From contig JBCCHT010000004.1 of the NCBI GenBank assembly GCA_039028615.1, positions 192,001 to 256,000 on the forward strand: DNA of 64,000 bases, written 5' to 3'. The stretch comes from Myxococcota bacterium. GTDB lineage: Bacteria > Myxococcota_A > Polyangia > Nannocystales > Nannocystaceae. A program made the position numbers and the translations under genes. A model generated the notes under the pieces. That model worked only from the letters and a program-made list of their open reading frames with translations. It made no database searches and was not told the DNA's origin. Of this stretch, positions 8,368 to 19,242 are shown piece after piece (positions within the stretch are counted from its first letter, which is position 1; each line of letters starts with the position of its first letter).

Positions 8368-10746
8368 CTACCGACGACGACGCCGTCGCATGAGCCCCAG
8401 CAGGCCCAACAACGCGAGGCCGAGACCGTGGCCGCCCGTCTCGGACGTGCTACGGCAGCTACAGCCTTCGTCGCCCGGCACGGCCGGCGTGCCGCCGTCG
8501 GTCCCCGAGCCCGAGCCCGAGCCGTCTTGTCCCGAGGTCGCGATGTCGGTATCGCCGGCGTCCGTCCCGCTACCGCCGCCTTCGGCCGTCTCGTCGTTGC
8601 CGCTGTCCGTGTCATCGGCCCCGGTATCGGTCGAGGTGCCCGGCTCGACCTCGCTGAGGCACTCGGCCGAGCAATCGTCACCGTCTTCGTCGTTGCCGTC
8701 GTCGCACTCCTCGCCCGCCGTGACGTTGAGGACCCCGTCTCCGCACTCGGCCACGCTGCAGTCGTCGTTGCACTCGGCCGACTCTCCCGCGTCGTCGCAG
8801 TCCTCGCCCGCCGTCTCGTTGACGGTCCCGTCGCCGCACGACGACACGGTGCAGTCGAGGTCGCAGCTGATCGTCTCGCCTTGCTCGTCGCAGCTCTCGC
8901 CTGCAGCGGGGTTGACGGTGCCGTCGCCACACTCGGCCGGGGTGCAGTCGAAGTCGCACGACTCGGACTCGTCCATGTCGTCGCACTCTTCGCCCGCGGT
9001 CACATTGAGGACGCCGTCGCCACACTCGGCCACGGTGCAGTCGGAGTCGCAGGTAGCCGTCTCGGCCAACTCGTCGCAGTCTTCGCCCGCGGCTTCGTTG
9101 ATCACCCCGTCGCCGCAGGAGGCGGGGGTGCAGTCGTCGTTACAGGCCCCGGACTCGCCACCGTCGTCGCAGGCCTCGCCCGCGGTCACGTTGGTGACCC
9201 CGTCGCCGCAGACTACCACCGTGCAGTCGGAGTCACACGTGGCCGTCTCGCCCGCCTCGTCGCAGTCCTCGTCGGCCGCTTCGTTGACGACCGAGTCGCC
9301 GCACATCGCAAAGGTGCAATCGAGGTCACAGGCCGCGGTTTCGCCCGGCGTCCCGGCACCATCTCCGTCGCAGGCCTCGCCCGCGAACATGTTGACCACC
9401 CCGTCGCCACAGGTCACCGCCGTGCAATCGGAGTCGCACATGGCCGAGCCGCCGTCGTCGCAGGTCTCGCCCGCGACCGCGTTGACATAGAGGTCTCCGC
9501 ACACGGCGAAGGTGCAGTCCGGGTCGCAGCCGAACGAGTCGCCCGCGTCGTCGCACTGCTCGCCCGCGGTGATGTTGGGGAAGCCATCGCCACAGGCAAC
9601 GAGGGTGCAGTCAGCGTCGCAGGTGGCCGTCTCCCCCATCTCGTCGCACTGCTCGCCCGCGGTCGTATTGACCACACCATCGCTGCACACCACGGCCGAG
9701 CAATCGGAGTCGCAGGTGGCCGACTCGCCCGACGTGTCGCACTGCTCGCCCGCGGCAAAGTTGGCCACCCCGTCGCCGCACGCCACGGGAGAGCAATCGG
9801 AGTCACAGGCCGCCGACTCGCCCGCGTCATCGCAAAGCTCGCCCGCGCTCGTGTTGGTCACCCCGTCGCCGCAGATGACGAAGGTGCAGTCGGCGTCGCA
9901 CATCGCCGACTCGCCCGCGTCGTCGCACTCCTCTCCCACGGCGACCACCGAGTCACCGCAGAAGCAGGGGTTGGGCGCCCCGGGCGTGTCGCCGGGGCCC
10001 GGATCGAGCAGGCTCGAGCTGAACGCGCCCACCAGGTCGGGGCAACGAAACACGTGCCGCGGCGTGGACATGGGCTCTTCGACCTCTTGGCAGGTCGGCG
10101 ACGCCACACACAGCACCCCGGGTCCGTAGGCTTCCTCCTCGCCATCGTCCTCGAGCACGGTGACCACATCGACCAATGCGGTCCACGGCATGGCGTCGAT
10201 GATCAGGTCGTCGCCCATGTCGATGTCATCGCCGATATTGCCCGTGAAACCGGTCGCCAGGATGTGGTTGACCGTGTCGGTGTTCTCGAAGTTGACGTCG
10301 ACCTCGTAGTCGGGCACCGCGAGGCTCAGCGAATCCTCACCGAACACGAAGTAGCCATCGGCGGGAATGACCTGCCCGGACAGGTCCACGACCTCCTCGA
10401 TGGTGCCGTCACCTCCGCCACCGTCACCGATGACGAAGTAGGTGTAGCCATTGAGCGAGGTCCCCGGAGGCCCCAGCAGCTCGACGTACTCGTCGTTGTC
10501 GTTGCCCGTCTGGTCGATGCGGATCTCGTTGATCACGACCAAGCCACCACCACCCCCGGGCGTAGGCTCGAGGGTGAAGCCGCGGGTGGACGTGGGATTG
10601 GAGGCGGGCGTAGAGGCCGGGGCCGACCTCACCGTCGGGGCGGCGGGTGCAGCCGGCACCGCCGCGCTGGCGGCCGGGACGAGCAGCAGCGTGCAGAGGG
10701 TCGAGCACGTCGGCAAGAAGCGAGAGCGGATCGTCGAAGTGGGCAT
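8368..10746 (-). CDS. Surface protein: lamin-tail-like domain, about 14 DUF4215-type Cys repeats, MYXO-CTERM
   Basis: Signal peptide and 'VINEIRID...EYVEL'. Tandem 'CGDG..N..AGE.CDD.G.S..CD.DC' repeats. C-terminal 'GCSC...[16 protein letters not shown]'. Confidence 0.85.
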   Translation of the reverse strand: MPTSTIRSRFLPTCSTLCTLLLVPAASAAVPAAPAAPTVRSAPASTPASNPTSTRGFTLEPTPGGGGGLVVINEIRIDQTGNDNDEYVELLGPPGTSLNGYTYFVIGDGGGGDGTIEEVVDLSGQVIPADGYFVFGEDSLSLAVPDYEVDVNFENTDTVNHILATGFTGNIGDDIDMGDDLIIDAMPWTALVDVVTVLEDDGEEEAYGPGVLCVASPTCQEVEEPMSTPRHVFRCPDLVGAFSSSLLDPGPGDTPGAPNPCFCGDSVVAVGEECDDAGESAMCDADCTFVICGDGVTNTSAGELCDDAGESAACDSDCSPVACGDGVANFAAGEQCDTSGESATCDSDCSAVVCSDGVVNTTAGEQCDEMGETATCDADCTLVACGDGFPNITAGEQCDDAGDSFGCDPDCTFAVCGDLYVNAVAGETCDDGGSAMCDSDCTAVTCGDGVVNMFAGEACDGDGAGTPGETAACDLDCTFAMCGDSVVNEAADEDCDEAGETATCDSDCTVVVCGDGVTNVTAGEACDDGGESGACNDDCTPASCGDGVINEAAGEDCDELAETATCDSDCTVAECGDGVLNVTAGEECDDMDESESCDFDCTPAECGDGTVNPAAGESCDEQGETISCDLDCTVSSCGDGTVNETAGEDCDDAGESAECNDDCSVAECGDGVLNVTAGEECDDGNDEDGDDCSAECLSEVEPGTSTDTGADDTDSGNDETAEGGGSGTDAGDTDIATSGQDGSGSGSGTDGGTPAVPGDEGCSCRSTSETGGHGLGLALLGLLGLMRRRRRR

Positions 10747-10772
10747 CGTAAGTCTCGTTTCGTCCGCAAGAG

Positions 10773-13391
10773 CTAGGGGAAGAGCGCTTCGTAGCGCTGC
10801 AGCTGGATGTCGCGATCGATGAAGTCATCGTCGCCCTGACTCCACACCGCCACGATGTCGTCCACGGCACTCACCGCCACGTCGGGATCCTCTTGCAGGC
10901 CGTCGATGGTGGGATTGACGAGGAACTCCCCGCTCGCCGGGAGACCGAGCTGGTCGAAGCGCTGGCCGAACACACCGGTCAGCAGGCCATCGTCGGCGGT
11001 CTGCCACACGATGATGAAGTCGCCGTCGGGGTTCAGCGCCACCGCAGGGTTGTTCTGCGCCCCTGCGGTGGTGGTGTTGACGGGGAACTCGGGCCCGAAG
11101 GGTGCCCCCAGCGAGTCGTAGCTGTGGGCGTAGACCCCGGTGGAGCTACCGTCCTGGTCGTCGCTGGTCCAGGTGATCACGAACTCGCCCGACTGGTTCA
11201 TGCCGATGGCCGGGCCCTGCTGATCGAGCGCGGTGAAGTCGTTGACCTGCTCGTCCTCGGCCGTGAGCGGGATGCCGACCGCGATGAAGCGACGCATGAA
11301 CACGCCCACCCCGTCGCCGTCTTGCGAGGCCGAAGACTGCCACGCGACCACGAAGTTGCCCGTCTGCGAGACCTCGACGACGGGCAGGTTCTGCTCGGAG
11401 ACCAAGGTGTTGTTGGCGGTGATCTGCACGCCGACCCGTGCGTTCGCGTCGTCGAAGCGCTGGCAGGCGATGTCCGCGAACACCGCGAGGCGGTTTTCCC
11501 AGCAGGCCACGAGGTTCCCCGCCGGGGTGATCGCGATGTCCGGCCGCCGCTGCTCACCGTCGGGGCTCTCGGACAGCTCGATCTCCGAGCCCACCAAGGC
11601 CCCGGCCCAGCTGACACGCTGGGCGAAGACCCCGACGCCGTCCCCGTCGGGCCCCTCCCATGCGATCACGAACCCACCGTCGTTGGCATCGATGGAGGGG
11701 AAGCTCTGGTCGCCCATGAAGGAGGTGTTGATCTGGATCTCCGGGCCTTGCGGCGTGCCGTCGCCGTCGTAGATCCGAGCGAAGATCGCCGCCCCGTCGC
11801 CGTCTTGCGAGGCGCCCAGCACGGGGAAGCTGGCCCAGGTCACGGCAAAGAAGTTCCCGTCCACCGAGGCCGCGACCGCGGGTCGGACCTGGAAGTCGAA
11901 GGTGGTGGTGTTGACGGTGGACTCGCCGCCCAGCGAACACGGCTGCGAACAGATCCCCGCGCAGTCCACCCCGCCCTCGGTGCCGTTTTCCACCCCGTCC
12001 TCGCACGTGGGCGCGATGCAGACCCCGAGGATGCAGACGCCCTCGGCACAGTCGTCACCGTCGTCGCAGTTTTGCCCGGGCAGGCAGGTCGCTCCGCACG
12101 AGGCTCCGCAGTCGACGTCGGTCTCGTTGCCGTTGACCACCCCGTCGTCGCAGACCGGAGGCAGGCAGACGTTGGCCACGCACACGCCGTGCTCGCAGTC
12201 CCCTCCGCCCGTGCAGCTCTCCCCGATGACGCAGGTCGCCCCGCAATCGAGGCCGCCGCAATCGACGTCCGTCTCGTCCCCGTTGGTGACGCCGTCGTCG
12301 CAGTCGGGCTCGGAGCACTGGCCGAACTCGCAGACCCCCTCGACGCAATCCGCCGACGAGTCACAGTCGAGACCGGGCACGCAGGTCGCCCCGCAGGACC
12401 CTCCGCAGTCGAGATCCGTCTCGTCTTGGTTGAGGACCATGTCGTCGCACTCGGCGTTGAGACAGATCCCCGCGATGCAGACCCCGGGCTCGCAGTCGGG
12501 GCCGTCGTTGCACCCTTGACCGGGCTGGCAGGGGTCGCACTGCGGGCCGCCACAGTCGACGTCGCTCTCGTCTCCGTTGGCTACGCCGTCGGTGCAGCTG
12601 TCGTCGACGCAGGTCCCCATGTCGCAGACGAGCTCGACGCAGTCGCCACCGTCCTCGCAGGTCCCTCCCAAGGGACAGGGGCCGCACGACCCTCCGCAGT
12701 CCACATCGGTCTCGTCGCCGTTGAAGACCCCGTCGTCGCAGGCCGCCTCGAGGCAGATTCCTCCCGTGCACACCTGCGTCTCGCAGTCGGCATCGGAGGC
12801 ACACCCGTCACCCGGATCACAGTCGGGGCAATCGGGGCCGCCACAGTCGACGTCGGTCTCGAGAGTGTCCTGTTGATCGTTGTCGCATGACGATGGTTCG
12901 CAGTCGCCATCGCTACAGAACTGACCGTCGCCACACTGCGCGTCGGTCTCACACTCGCTGCCGGGGCAAGTGTTGGGACACGTGCCGCCACAGTCGACAC
13001 CTTCTTCATCCCCGTTGCGCTGCCCGTCGTAGCAGGTCGGGGTCTGGCAGAACCCGCCCGCACAGATCGCGGTATCGCAGTCGTTGTCGGATTCGCACAG
13101 CCCACCGGGACCGCAGGGCGGACACGCGCCACCGCAGTCGACATCGGTCTCGTCGTCGTCGAGCGCTCCGTTTTCACATGGCCCCATCGGGCCACCACCG
13201 GTCGAGTCTCCGGGTTCACCACCCGTCGCCCCCGTCGACGCTTCGCCAGTGCTCATGGCGCCACCGTCGAGGGACGCGATTCCATCCCCGGAATCGGTGG
13301 TCGCTTCCACTCCGTCGTCGTTGCACCCGGCCAGTCCGAGCGTGGGCAAGATCAGCAGGCCAAAGCCAAAAGGCGAGAGTCGGCGCTTCAT
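10773..13391 (-). CDS. Cys-rich repeat lipoprotein with C-terminal beta-repeat (propeller-like) domain
   Basis: Lipobox LAGC and about 9 'ETDVDCGG'-type repeats. C-terminal 'VNTTT...Q..P.VA...G.F...W' repeats. Start placed at ATG 13391. Confidence 0.8.
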   Translation of the reverse strand: MKRRLSPFGFGLLILPTLGLAGCNDDGVEATTDSGDGIASLDGGAMSTGEASTGATGGEPGDSTGGGPMGPCENGALDDDETDVDCGGACPPCGPGGLCESDNDCDTAICAGGFCQTPTCYDGQRNGDEEGVDCGGTCPNTCPGSECETDAQCGDGQFCSDGDCEPSSCDNDQQDTLETDVDCGGPDCPDCDPGDGCASDADCETQVCTGGICLEAACDDGVFNGDETDVDCGGSCGPCPLGGTCEDGGDCVELVCDMGTCVDDSCTDGVANGDESDVDCGGPQCDPCQPGQGCNDGPDCEPGVCIAGICLNAECDDMVLNQDETDLDCGGSCGATCVPGLDCDSSADCVEGVCEFGQCSEPDCDDGVTNGDETDVDCGGLDCGATCVIGESCTGGGDCEHGVCVANVCLPPVCDDGVVNGNETDVDCGASCGATCLPGQNCDDGDDCAEGVCILGVCIAPTCEDGVENGTEGGVDCAGICSQPCSLGGESTVNTTTFDFQVRPAVAASVDGNFFAVTWASFPVLGASQDGDGAAIFARIYDGDGTPQGPEIQINTSFMGDQSFPSIDANDGGFVIAWEGPDGDGVGVFAQRVSWAGALVGSEIELSESPDGEQRRPDIAITPAGNLVACWENRLAVFADIACQRFDDANARVGVQITANNTLVSEQNLPVVEVSQTGNFVVAWQSSASQDGDGVGVFMRRFIAVGIPLTAEDEQVNDFTALDQQGPAIGMNQSGEFVITWTSDDQDGSSTGVYAHSYDSLGAPFGPEFPVNTTTAGAQNNPAVALNPDGDFIIVWQTADDGLLTGVFGQRFDQLGLPASGEFLVNPTIDGLQEDPDVAVSAVDDIVAVWSQGDDDFIDRDIQLQRYEALFP

Positions 13392-13690
13392 TTTGGGGCT
13401 AGTCCTGTCCTTCAATAGGAGGTTTTCAAGTTACAGATTTGGAAGGATTGGAGTTATTGGAGGTATATGGGTTCTAGGGTGTTCCATTACGGTTCTAAGC
13501 GTTTGATATGACTAACAATATTCTTGCCGCCCCGACTCGTGTGGAGATATACCCCAAAGCCATTCGCCATCGAAGCCAAATTTTCACTGATTACCTCTCA
13601 ATATTTTGGGATTCCAAACTACATTTGAACCCCGATAGGATATCCGCTCAGGGTGCGGGACTCCCGCGTCGCACGCTCAGGAAAACCCTC
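13392..13690. promoter_or_regulatory. AT-rich divergent promoter region with short direct repeats
   Basis: Visibly much more AT-rich than the flanks. TTGGA at 13439/13448/13457; GGTTCTA at 13470 and 13491. Confidence 0.55.
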
Positions 13691-15877
13691 ATGCTTCGGC
13701 TTCGTTTTCATGTTTTCGGCCTCGCTTCATTGGCGCTTTGCGCCTGCGGTGGGGATGACGGTGTGCCGGCAACTTCTGTCGGTGCGAGCAGCGATGGAGG
13801 TCCCGTGACCTCCGACGGCACCACTTCGGGAGGCACCGAGACCGGCAACGGTTCGGGAGTCGCGACCCTGGGTTCGGGCGGCAACTCGGCCGGCGCCACT
13901 GCGGCCGACGACACCACGGGTGCATCCGCGAGCGGAGACGGAGCCGACGACGGTGCGGACCCGGGTCCCGTGCCCGGTCGCTTCCCCGGCCTCGAGCTCG
14001 GCCTGTGTGCCCCTCCGGGCGCGGTTCGTTATTGCTACACGGGCTCGCCCACGACGTATGGCGTCGGCGAGTGCACCCCGGGTACGCAGCAGTGCCAAGC
14101 GCTCGACCTCGACGTCGGCGAGTGGGGTCCCTGCGAGGGCGAGACCTTGCCCACCATGGAGGTCTGCGACGGCACCGACAACGACTGCAATGCCGAGGTC
14201 GACGAAGGCCTGGGCACCACCGTGTGCGGACTCGGCTTGTGTGAGCACGAGGTCGAGAACTGCTTCGACGGCGAAGAGCAGCTGTGTGATCCCTTCGAGG
14301 GAGCCACCCCCGAGGTCTGCGATGGCATCGACAACGATTGCGACGCGGACATCGACGACGGCCTGAGCGAAGAGCAGATCACCTGCGGCGTCGGGGTCTG
14401 CGAGCACAGCGTGGCCGCGTGCGTCGACGGCATGCCGATGGAGTGCGACCCCTTCGAGGGCGCGGGCCCGGAGACCTGCGACGATCTCGACAACGACTGC
14501 GACGGCGCCACCGACGAGGGCCTCGGGGACATCACCTGCGGCTGCGGTGACTGTGAGCACACCGTGCCCGCGTGCATCAACGGCTTCCCTCAGGTCTGCG
14601 ATCCCTTCGAGGGCGCGTCCGAGGAGGTCTGCGACGGGGCCGATAACGACTGCGACTGCATCACCGACGAGGACCAGGGCAACTGGACCTGCGGCGAGAA
14701 CGAGTGCCAGGTCTCCGTGCCGACCTGCATCGAAGGCGTGCCTCAGGCCGAGAACACCTGCGTGCCGATCCCCGGCGGGCCGGAGATCTGCGGCGACGGC
14801 ATCGACAACAACTGCGATGGCATCGAGGCTTCGTGCGCCGAGACCTTCTTGGTCGGCACCGACACCGTGGCCCGTCCCATCGAGGTGATCTGGGCCGTCG
14901 ACTCCTCCGGCTCGATGGAGGACGAGATGGCCACCGTCGAGGCGGAGATCAACGCCTTCGCCTCCATGCTGGAGGCGGCCGGCTCGAGCACCCAGCTGCA
15001 CCTCATCGCCGACCGCGGCATCGAGAACTTCGAGATCTGCGTGCAGCCTCCGCTGGGCGGCCCCGGCTGCACCGACGACCCCGCCAACGGCTTTTGGCAG
15101 TACGACACCAACGGCGACGTCAACGGCGACGAGATGGTCCACTCCAGCAACGCGCTGGGCCGGATCATCCACCAGGCCCCGGTCTGGATGCCGCGGCTGC
15201 AGCCCTACGCCTACGTCGCGTTCCTCGTGACCACCGACGACAACGGTGACGATCCCGAGTGGGGCCTCGCCGACGGCGATCCCTCCGAGGTCGATGACTG
15301 CAGCAGCTTCAGCTACATCGACGACGACACCACGGGCAACGTCTGCCGCGTGGTCGGGCCCGACGGGCTCAACTACACCTCGCTCGCCTACGACCACGCC
15401 GGGCACCTGGGCTTCGCCACCTTCATGGAGAACGTGCTGCCCACCCTCGACCCCGGGGACGACTGGTCGCTGTACCCGATCATCGGCAACACCGGCACCA
15501 CCGTGCTGTCCGGGGCGGACGACGCCTACGAGTTCAACGACTGCCAGAGCAACCGCGAGGACGGCGAGGAGTTCGTCAAGCTCGCCCTGCTCACGGGCAC
15601 CGTGCCCTCGATGTTCTCGATCTGCGACGCGCCGTGGGACTTCACCTCCCTGGCCGATGCCATCATCGGCTCCGTGCCCAACGATCTGTACGTGCTCAGC
15701 GGCGTGCCCGAGGGCACCTGCCTGATGATCGACCCGGCCACCATCACCGTGACCGTCAACGGCATCCCGCTGCCGCCCACGAGCTGGAACTACGACGCTC
15801 CCTCGTGCACGATCCAGATCACCGACAACGTTCCGGGCGTCGGTGACAGCGTGAGCATCGTCTACGAGAACTTCTAG
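13691..15877 (+). CDS. Lipoprotein with Cys/Asp metal-binding repeats and a vWA domain
   Basis: Lipobox LCAC, five 'E.CDG.DNDC'-type repeats, MIDAS 'VDSSGSM' and later 'TTDD'. Confidence 0.8.
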   Translation: MLRLRFHVFGLASLALCACGGDDGVPATSVGASSDGGPVTSDGTTSGGTETGNGSGVATLGSGGNSAGATAADDTTGASASGDGADDGADPGPVPGRFPGLELGLCAPPGAVRYCYTGSPTTYGVGECTPGTQQCQALDLDVGEWGPCEGETLPTMEVCDGTDNDCNAEVDEGLGTTVCGLGLCEHEVENCFDGEEQLCDPFEGATPEVCDGIDNDCDADIDDGLSEEQITCGVGVCEHSVAACVDGMPMECDPFEGAGPETCDDLDNDCDGATDEGLGDITCGCGDCEHTVPACINGFPQVCDPFEGASEEVCDGADNDCDCITDEDQGNWTCGENECQVSVPTCIEGVPQAENTCVPIPGGPEICGDGIDNNCDGIEASCAETFLVGTDTVARPIEVIWAVDSSGSMEDEMATVEAEINAFASMLEAAGSSTQLHLIADRGIENFEICVQPPLGGPGCTDDPANGFWQYDTNGDVNGDEMVHSSNALGRIIHQAPVWMPRLQPYAYVAFLVTTDDNGDDPEWGLADGDPSEVDDCSSFSYIDDDTTGNVCRVVGPDGLNYTSLAYDHAGHLGFATFMENVLPTLDPGDDWSLYPIIGNTGTTVLSGADDAYEFNDCQSNREDGEEFVKLALLTGTVPSMFSICDAPWDFTSLADAIIGSVPNDLYVLSGVPEGTCLMIDPATITVTVNGIPLPPTSWNYDAPSCTIQITDNVPGVGDSVSIVYENF

Positions 15878-15923
15878 CGAACGGGCCCGGCATGGCTGGT
15901 AGGCTCCCGCTGGAGCCCCGGCC

Positions 15924-16937
15924 ATGCGCGAGCTGACCTCTGTCCCCCGCCGATCCAGCGCCGACGCGCTCGTGGACCACTTGTTGGTGCACGGCATCGA
16001 AGCGCTGGTGCGCGGCGAGGACCCCTGGCAGGTCTGGGTGGTCGAGAACAGCCAGCTCGAGGACGCCAAGCAGCGATTGGCCGCGTGGAGCCCCGAGGCG
16101 GGCACCGAGGACGACAAGCGCCGCGCGGCCAAGCTGAGGCAAAAGCGCGAGCGGGAAGACGAAGCCGCAGCTCAACGGGCGGTCGATCCGCGGCGACGAT
16201 GGGAGACCCCGGAGCAGACCGGGCTCGGCCCGCTGACGATCACGCTGTGCATCGCCGCCGCCCTGGTCGGAATGGCCAGCGACTTCGGCGATCCGGGCAC
16301 CATCACCATCCAGAACCTGAGCATCGAGCCCTGGGCCTCGCACGAGCTGTTCGGTCGCGTCCGCCAGGGCGAGATCTGGCGGCTCATCACCCCGATGTTC
16401 ATCCACTTCGGGGTGCTCCACCTGGCGTTCAACGTGCTGTGGCTGTGGCGGCTGGGCCAACAGATCGAGCACAACCACGGCTTCACCATGATGGTGCTGG
16501 TGGTCCTGGCCAGCGAGATTCCCAGCTCGATCGGGCAGTACCTGCTGGTCGGGCCCAACTTCGGCGGGCTGTCGGGGGTGGTCTACGGCGTGTTCGGCTT
16601 CGTGTGGATGTACGCCCGCTACGACCGACGCCGCGGCTATGCCATCAGCGACCGCGACTCGGTGCTCATCATGCTGTGGTTCGTCGCGTGCGCGACGGGG
16701 CTGTTCGGGCCCATCGCCAACATCGGGCACGCGGGCGGGCTGATCGCAGGGCTGCTGCTCGGGTTGCCGCCCTATGTACGCCAGCTCCGCGCGCAAAGCG
16801 AGGGTCCCAAGTCCGACGGCAACGACTGGGCGAGCGTGCACGGCAGCGGGGCGCGGCGCATCTTTCGACGCGTCGTGACCCCCTACGTGCCCCTGTGGTT
16901 CATGCTGCTGGCGATCGTGGTCATCGCGGTCGACTGA
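15924..16937 (+). CDS. Rhomboid intramembrane serine protease (GlpG-like)
   Basis: 'WRLITPMFIHFGVLHLAFN', catalytic 'GLSGVVY' and 'IANIGHAGG'. Confidence 0.9.
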   Translation: MRELTSVPRRSSADALVDHLLVHGIEALVRGEDPWQVWVVENSQLEDAKQRLAAWSPEAGTEDDKRRAAKLRQKREREDEAAAQRAVDPRRRWETPEQTGLGPLTITLCIAAALVGMASDFGDPGTITIQNLSIEPWASHELFGRVRQGEIWRLITPMFIHFGVLHLAFNVLWLWRLGQQIEHNHGFTMMVLVVLASEIPSSIGQYLLVGPNFGGLSGVVYGVFGFVWMYARYDRRRGYAISDRDSVLIMLWFVACATGLFGPIANIGHAGGLIAGLLLGLPPYVRQLRAQSEGPKSDGNDWASVHGSGARRIFRRVVTPYVPLWFMLLAIVVIAVD

Positions 16938-16943
16938 GCGGGC

Positions 16944-17891
16944 TCAGCCCCCGCCCAGGCCCATCGCGTCGACGTCGGCGCAGCTCAGGGGGAAGACCGT
17001 TGGCCGCTCGCTGCGATCGGCCAGGCGCACCGCGGCAAAGGTCGAGCCCTCCAAGGAGGCCATGATGGGAGAGGTGACGTTGCCGCTGAGCGTGCCGCAC
17101 CAGGCCGCCTGGCTTCGAACCTCACCGTCGAGCACGGCCTCGAGCTCGATGTCCGACCCGGTGATCGGATTGGCAGCCCCCGTGACCTGAACCATGCCCA
17201 AGTCGAGCTCGAAGGTCATGTCGGCGACCTCGGTCATCACCAACAGCGGGTCGCCCACTTCTTCGCGCGGGGTATCGGTGCTGCCCACGTCGAGCGACAG
17301 CGGCTGCAGCTCGAACATCGCGGTGCCGTTGCCCGCGTCGTTGAAGTCGGTGGTGACCTCGGCGATGAACTGAAACGGCAAGCCCGGCGCGACGATGCTG
17401 TCGAGGGCGAGCAAGTAGGTCCCGGTCAGCAGGTCCTCGACGGGCGGATCGTCCTTGTCGCCACAGAGCCCGGAGCCCAAATTGCAGGTGGCGCCGAAGC
17501 ACTCGGAGTCGTCGCGGCAGTCCCAGCAGGCCATCTCGTCGAGGTCGAGCTGCCACAGGTTGCGGCGGGCATCGATGCACGCCTGCGAGCACACGGCCAG
17601 CGTGTCCGGGGTCCAGCAGCTTCCCTCCGGGCCGTACTGCTCCACGGCTTGGCCGACCTGCGCCGGATCTACCGCGGCCACGCACTCGATGTAGCGCGCA
17701 CATACGCCGGCTTGGTCAACATCCTCGGTGGGCACGGTCGCGGTCTCGTCCGCCCCGTCGTCGGTGCTGGTGTTGGCTTCACCCGAGTCGCCCGAGCCCG
17801 CCGCGTCACTCGGGCTGGGCTCGGCGCTGCAGGCCAACCCCAGCGACACCCCTCCGAGGGCCATGACACCAATCAGTCTAGATAAGTTCAT
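16944..17891 (-). CDS. Hypothetical lipoprotein (Cys-rich N-domain, beta-rich C-domain)
   Basis: Lipobox LAC, paired Cys residues, coding-like codon usage. Confidence 0.7.
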   Translation of the reverse strand: MNLSRLIGVMALGGVSLGLACSAEPSPSDAAGSGDSGEANTSTDDGADETATVPTEDVDQAGVCARYIECVAAVDPAQVGQAVEQYGPEGSCWTPDTLAVCSQACIDARRNLWQLDLDEMACWDCRDDSECFGATCNLGSGLCGDKDDPPVEDLLTGTYLLALDSIVAPGLPFQFIAEVTTDFNDAGNGTAMFELQPLSLDVGSTDTPREEVGDPLLVMTEVADMTFELDLGMVQVTGAANPITGSDIELEAVLDGEVRSQAAWCGTLSGNVTSPIMASLEGSTFAAVRLADRSERPTVFPLSCADVDAMGLGGG

Positions 17892-17956
17892 GCCTCATCG
17901 TGGCAAAGACCTCCTGCGCCGTAAAGGACGCGGGGGCGCCCGACCGAGGCGATTGG

Positions 17957-19186
17957 CTACAGCAAGGCTCCCGCCACGCAGGCGGACGCGAAGTTGGACA
18001 GCGTGGCAGCGATGAGCGCCCGGACACCGAGCCGGGCGATGTCTTGCTTGCGCGAAGGCGCCAGCCCCCCGAGCCCACCGATGAGGATCCCGATGCTCGA
18101 GATGCTCGAGAACCCGGTGATGGCAAAGGTGGTGATCGCCTGCGAGCGCGCGGAGAGCTGGCCGCCGAGCTCGCGGATCATGTCGAACGCATAGAGTTCG
18201 TTGAGCACCACCCGGGTGCCCAGCACGCTGCCCACCGACTGCGCTTCCTCCAGCGGCACGCCCATCAGCAAGGCCACGGGGAAGAACAGCCACCCCATGA
18301 AGCGCTCGAGGGTCAGCGGCTCGCCGCCGACGGGGATGACGCCCAGCATGACGTTGATGAGCGCGACCAAGGCCACGAAGGCGATGAGCATGGCGCCGAC
18401 GTTGAGCGCGAGCTTGAGCCCGTCGCTCGCCCCGCTGGCCGCCGCATCGAGCACGTTGACGTCGGTCTTGGGGATGTCGACGTCGATGGTGCCCATGGTC
18501 TCGGGCGTGCCCGTCTCCGGCACCATCAGCTTGGCCATGACGATGGAGACGGGGGCGGTCATGGCCACCGCGGTGAGCAGGTGGGCAATGGGCACCCCGC
18601 CGATCGCCACGTAGGCCCCGAGGATCGCCCCGGACACCGAGGCCATGCCCGCGACCATCACCACGAACAGCTCGGACTCGGTGAGTCGATCCAAAAACGG
18701 CTTGATGGTGAGCGGCGCCTCGGTCTGGCCCATGAACACGCTGGCCGCCACCGACAGCGACTCGGCCCCGCTGGTGCCCATGGTCCGCATCATGATCCAG
18801 GCCAGCCCGCGCACGATGAGCTGCATGATCCCCAGGTAGTAGAGGATGGAGAACAGCGAGGCGATGAACACGATGGTGGGCAGCACCTGAAACGCGAAGA
18901 TCGTGCCGAGCCCCGAGCCCTCGCCCCCCTTGGCTCCGAGCGAGGCGAACACGAACTCCGAGCCCTTGTAGCTCTGGTCGAGCACGGACTGCACGACCGC
19001 GGAGGCCCCCGCCAGCAGATCGCGCCCTTGGGGCAAGCGCAGCAGCAGCAGACCCATGGCCCACTGCAAGCCGACGCCCCACAGCACCAGGCGAAGCTTG
19101 ACGCTGCCGCGGTGCCTCGACAGGGCATAGGCCACGCCGACCATGGCCAGCGCGCCAACGATGGAGACGAGGCGGGAGGGATCCAC
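17957..19186 (-). CDS. nupC: NupC/CNT-family nucleoside transporter
   Basis: 'FAFQVLPTIVFIASL..ILYYLG', 'GAES', 'FMGQTEAPL', 'LIAFVAL', 'NE'. Start is GTG 19186 or 19204. Confidence 0.9.
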   Translation of the reverse strand: MDPSRLVSIVGALAMVGVAYALSRHRGSVKLRLVLWGVGLQWAMGLLLLRLPQGRDLLAGASAVVQSVLDQSYKGSEFVFASLGAKGGEGSGLGTIFAFQVLPTIVFIASLFSILYYLGIMQLIVRGLAWIMMRTMGTSGAESLSVAASVFMGQTEAPLTIKPFLDRLTESELFVVMVAGMASVSGAILGAYVAIGGVPIAHLLTAVAMTAPVSIVMAKLMVPETGTPETMGTIDVDIPKTDVNVLDAAASGASDGLKLALNVGAMLIAFVALVALINVMLGVIPVGGEPLTLERFMGWLFFPVALLMGVPLEEAQSVGSVLGTRVVLNELYAFDMIRELGGQLSARSQAITTFAITGFSSISSIGILIGGLGGLAPSRKQDIARLGVRALIAATLSNFASACVAGALL

Positions 19187-19242
19187 GATGGTCGGTGGTA
19201 CCACGGAACCGAGGCCAATGAGGCATAATCGCGCCTGCGGCC

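Noticed and set aside
8368..13391. Regularly spaced DNA repeats resembling an array
   Set aside because: Fully explained by Cys-rich protein repeats on the minus strand.
15924..16937. Rhomboid as the sorting enzyme for the nearby MYXO-CTERM protein
   Set aside because: Rhombosortases process GlyGly-CTERM, whereas MYXO-CTERM is linked to a different protease family. This protein looks like ordinary GlpG.
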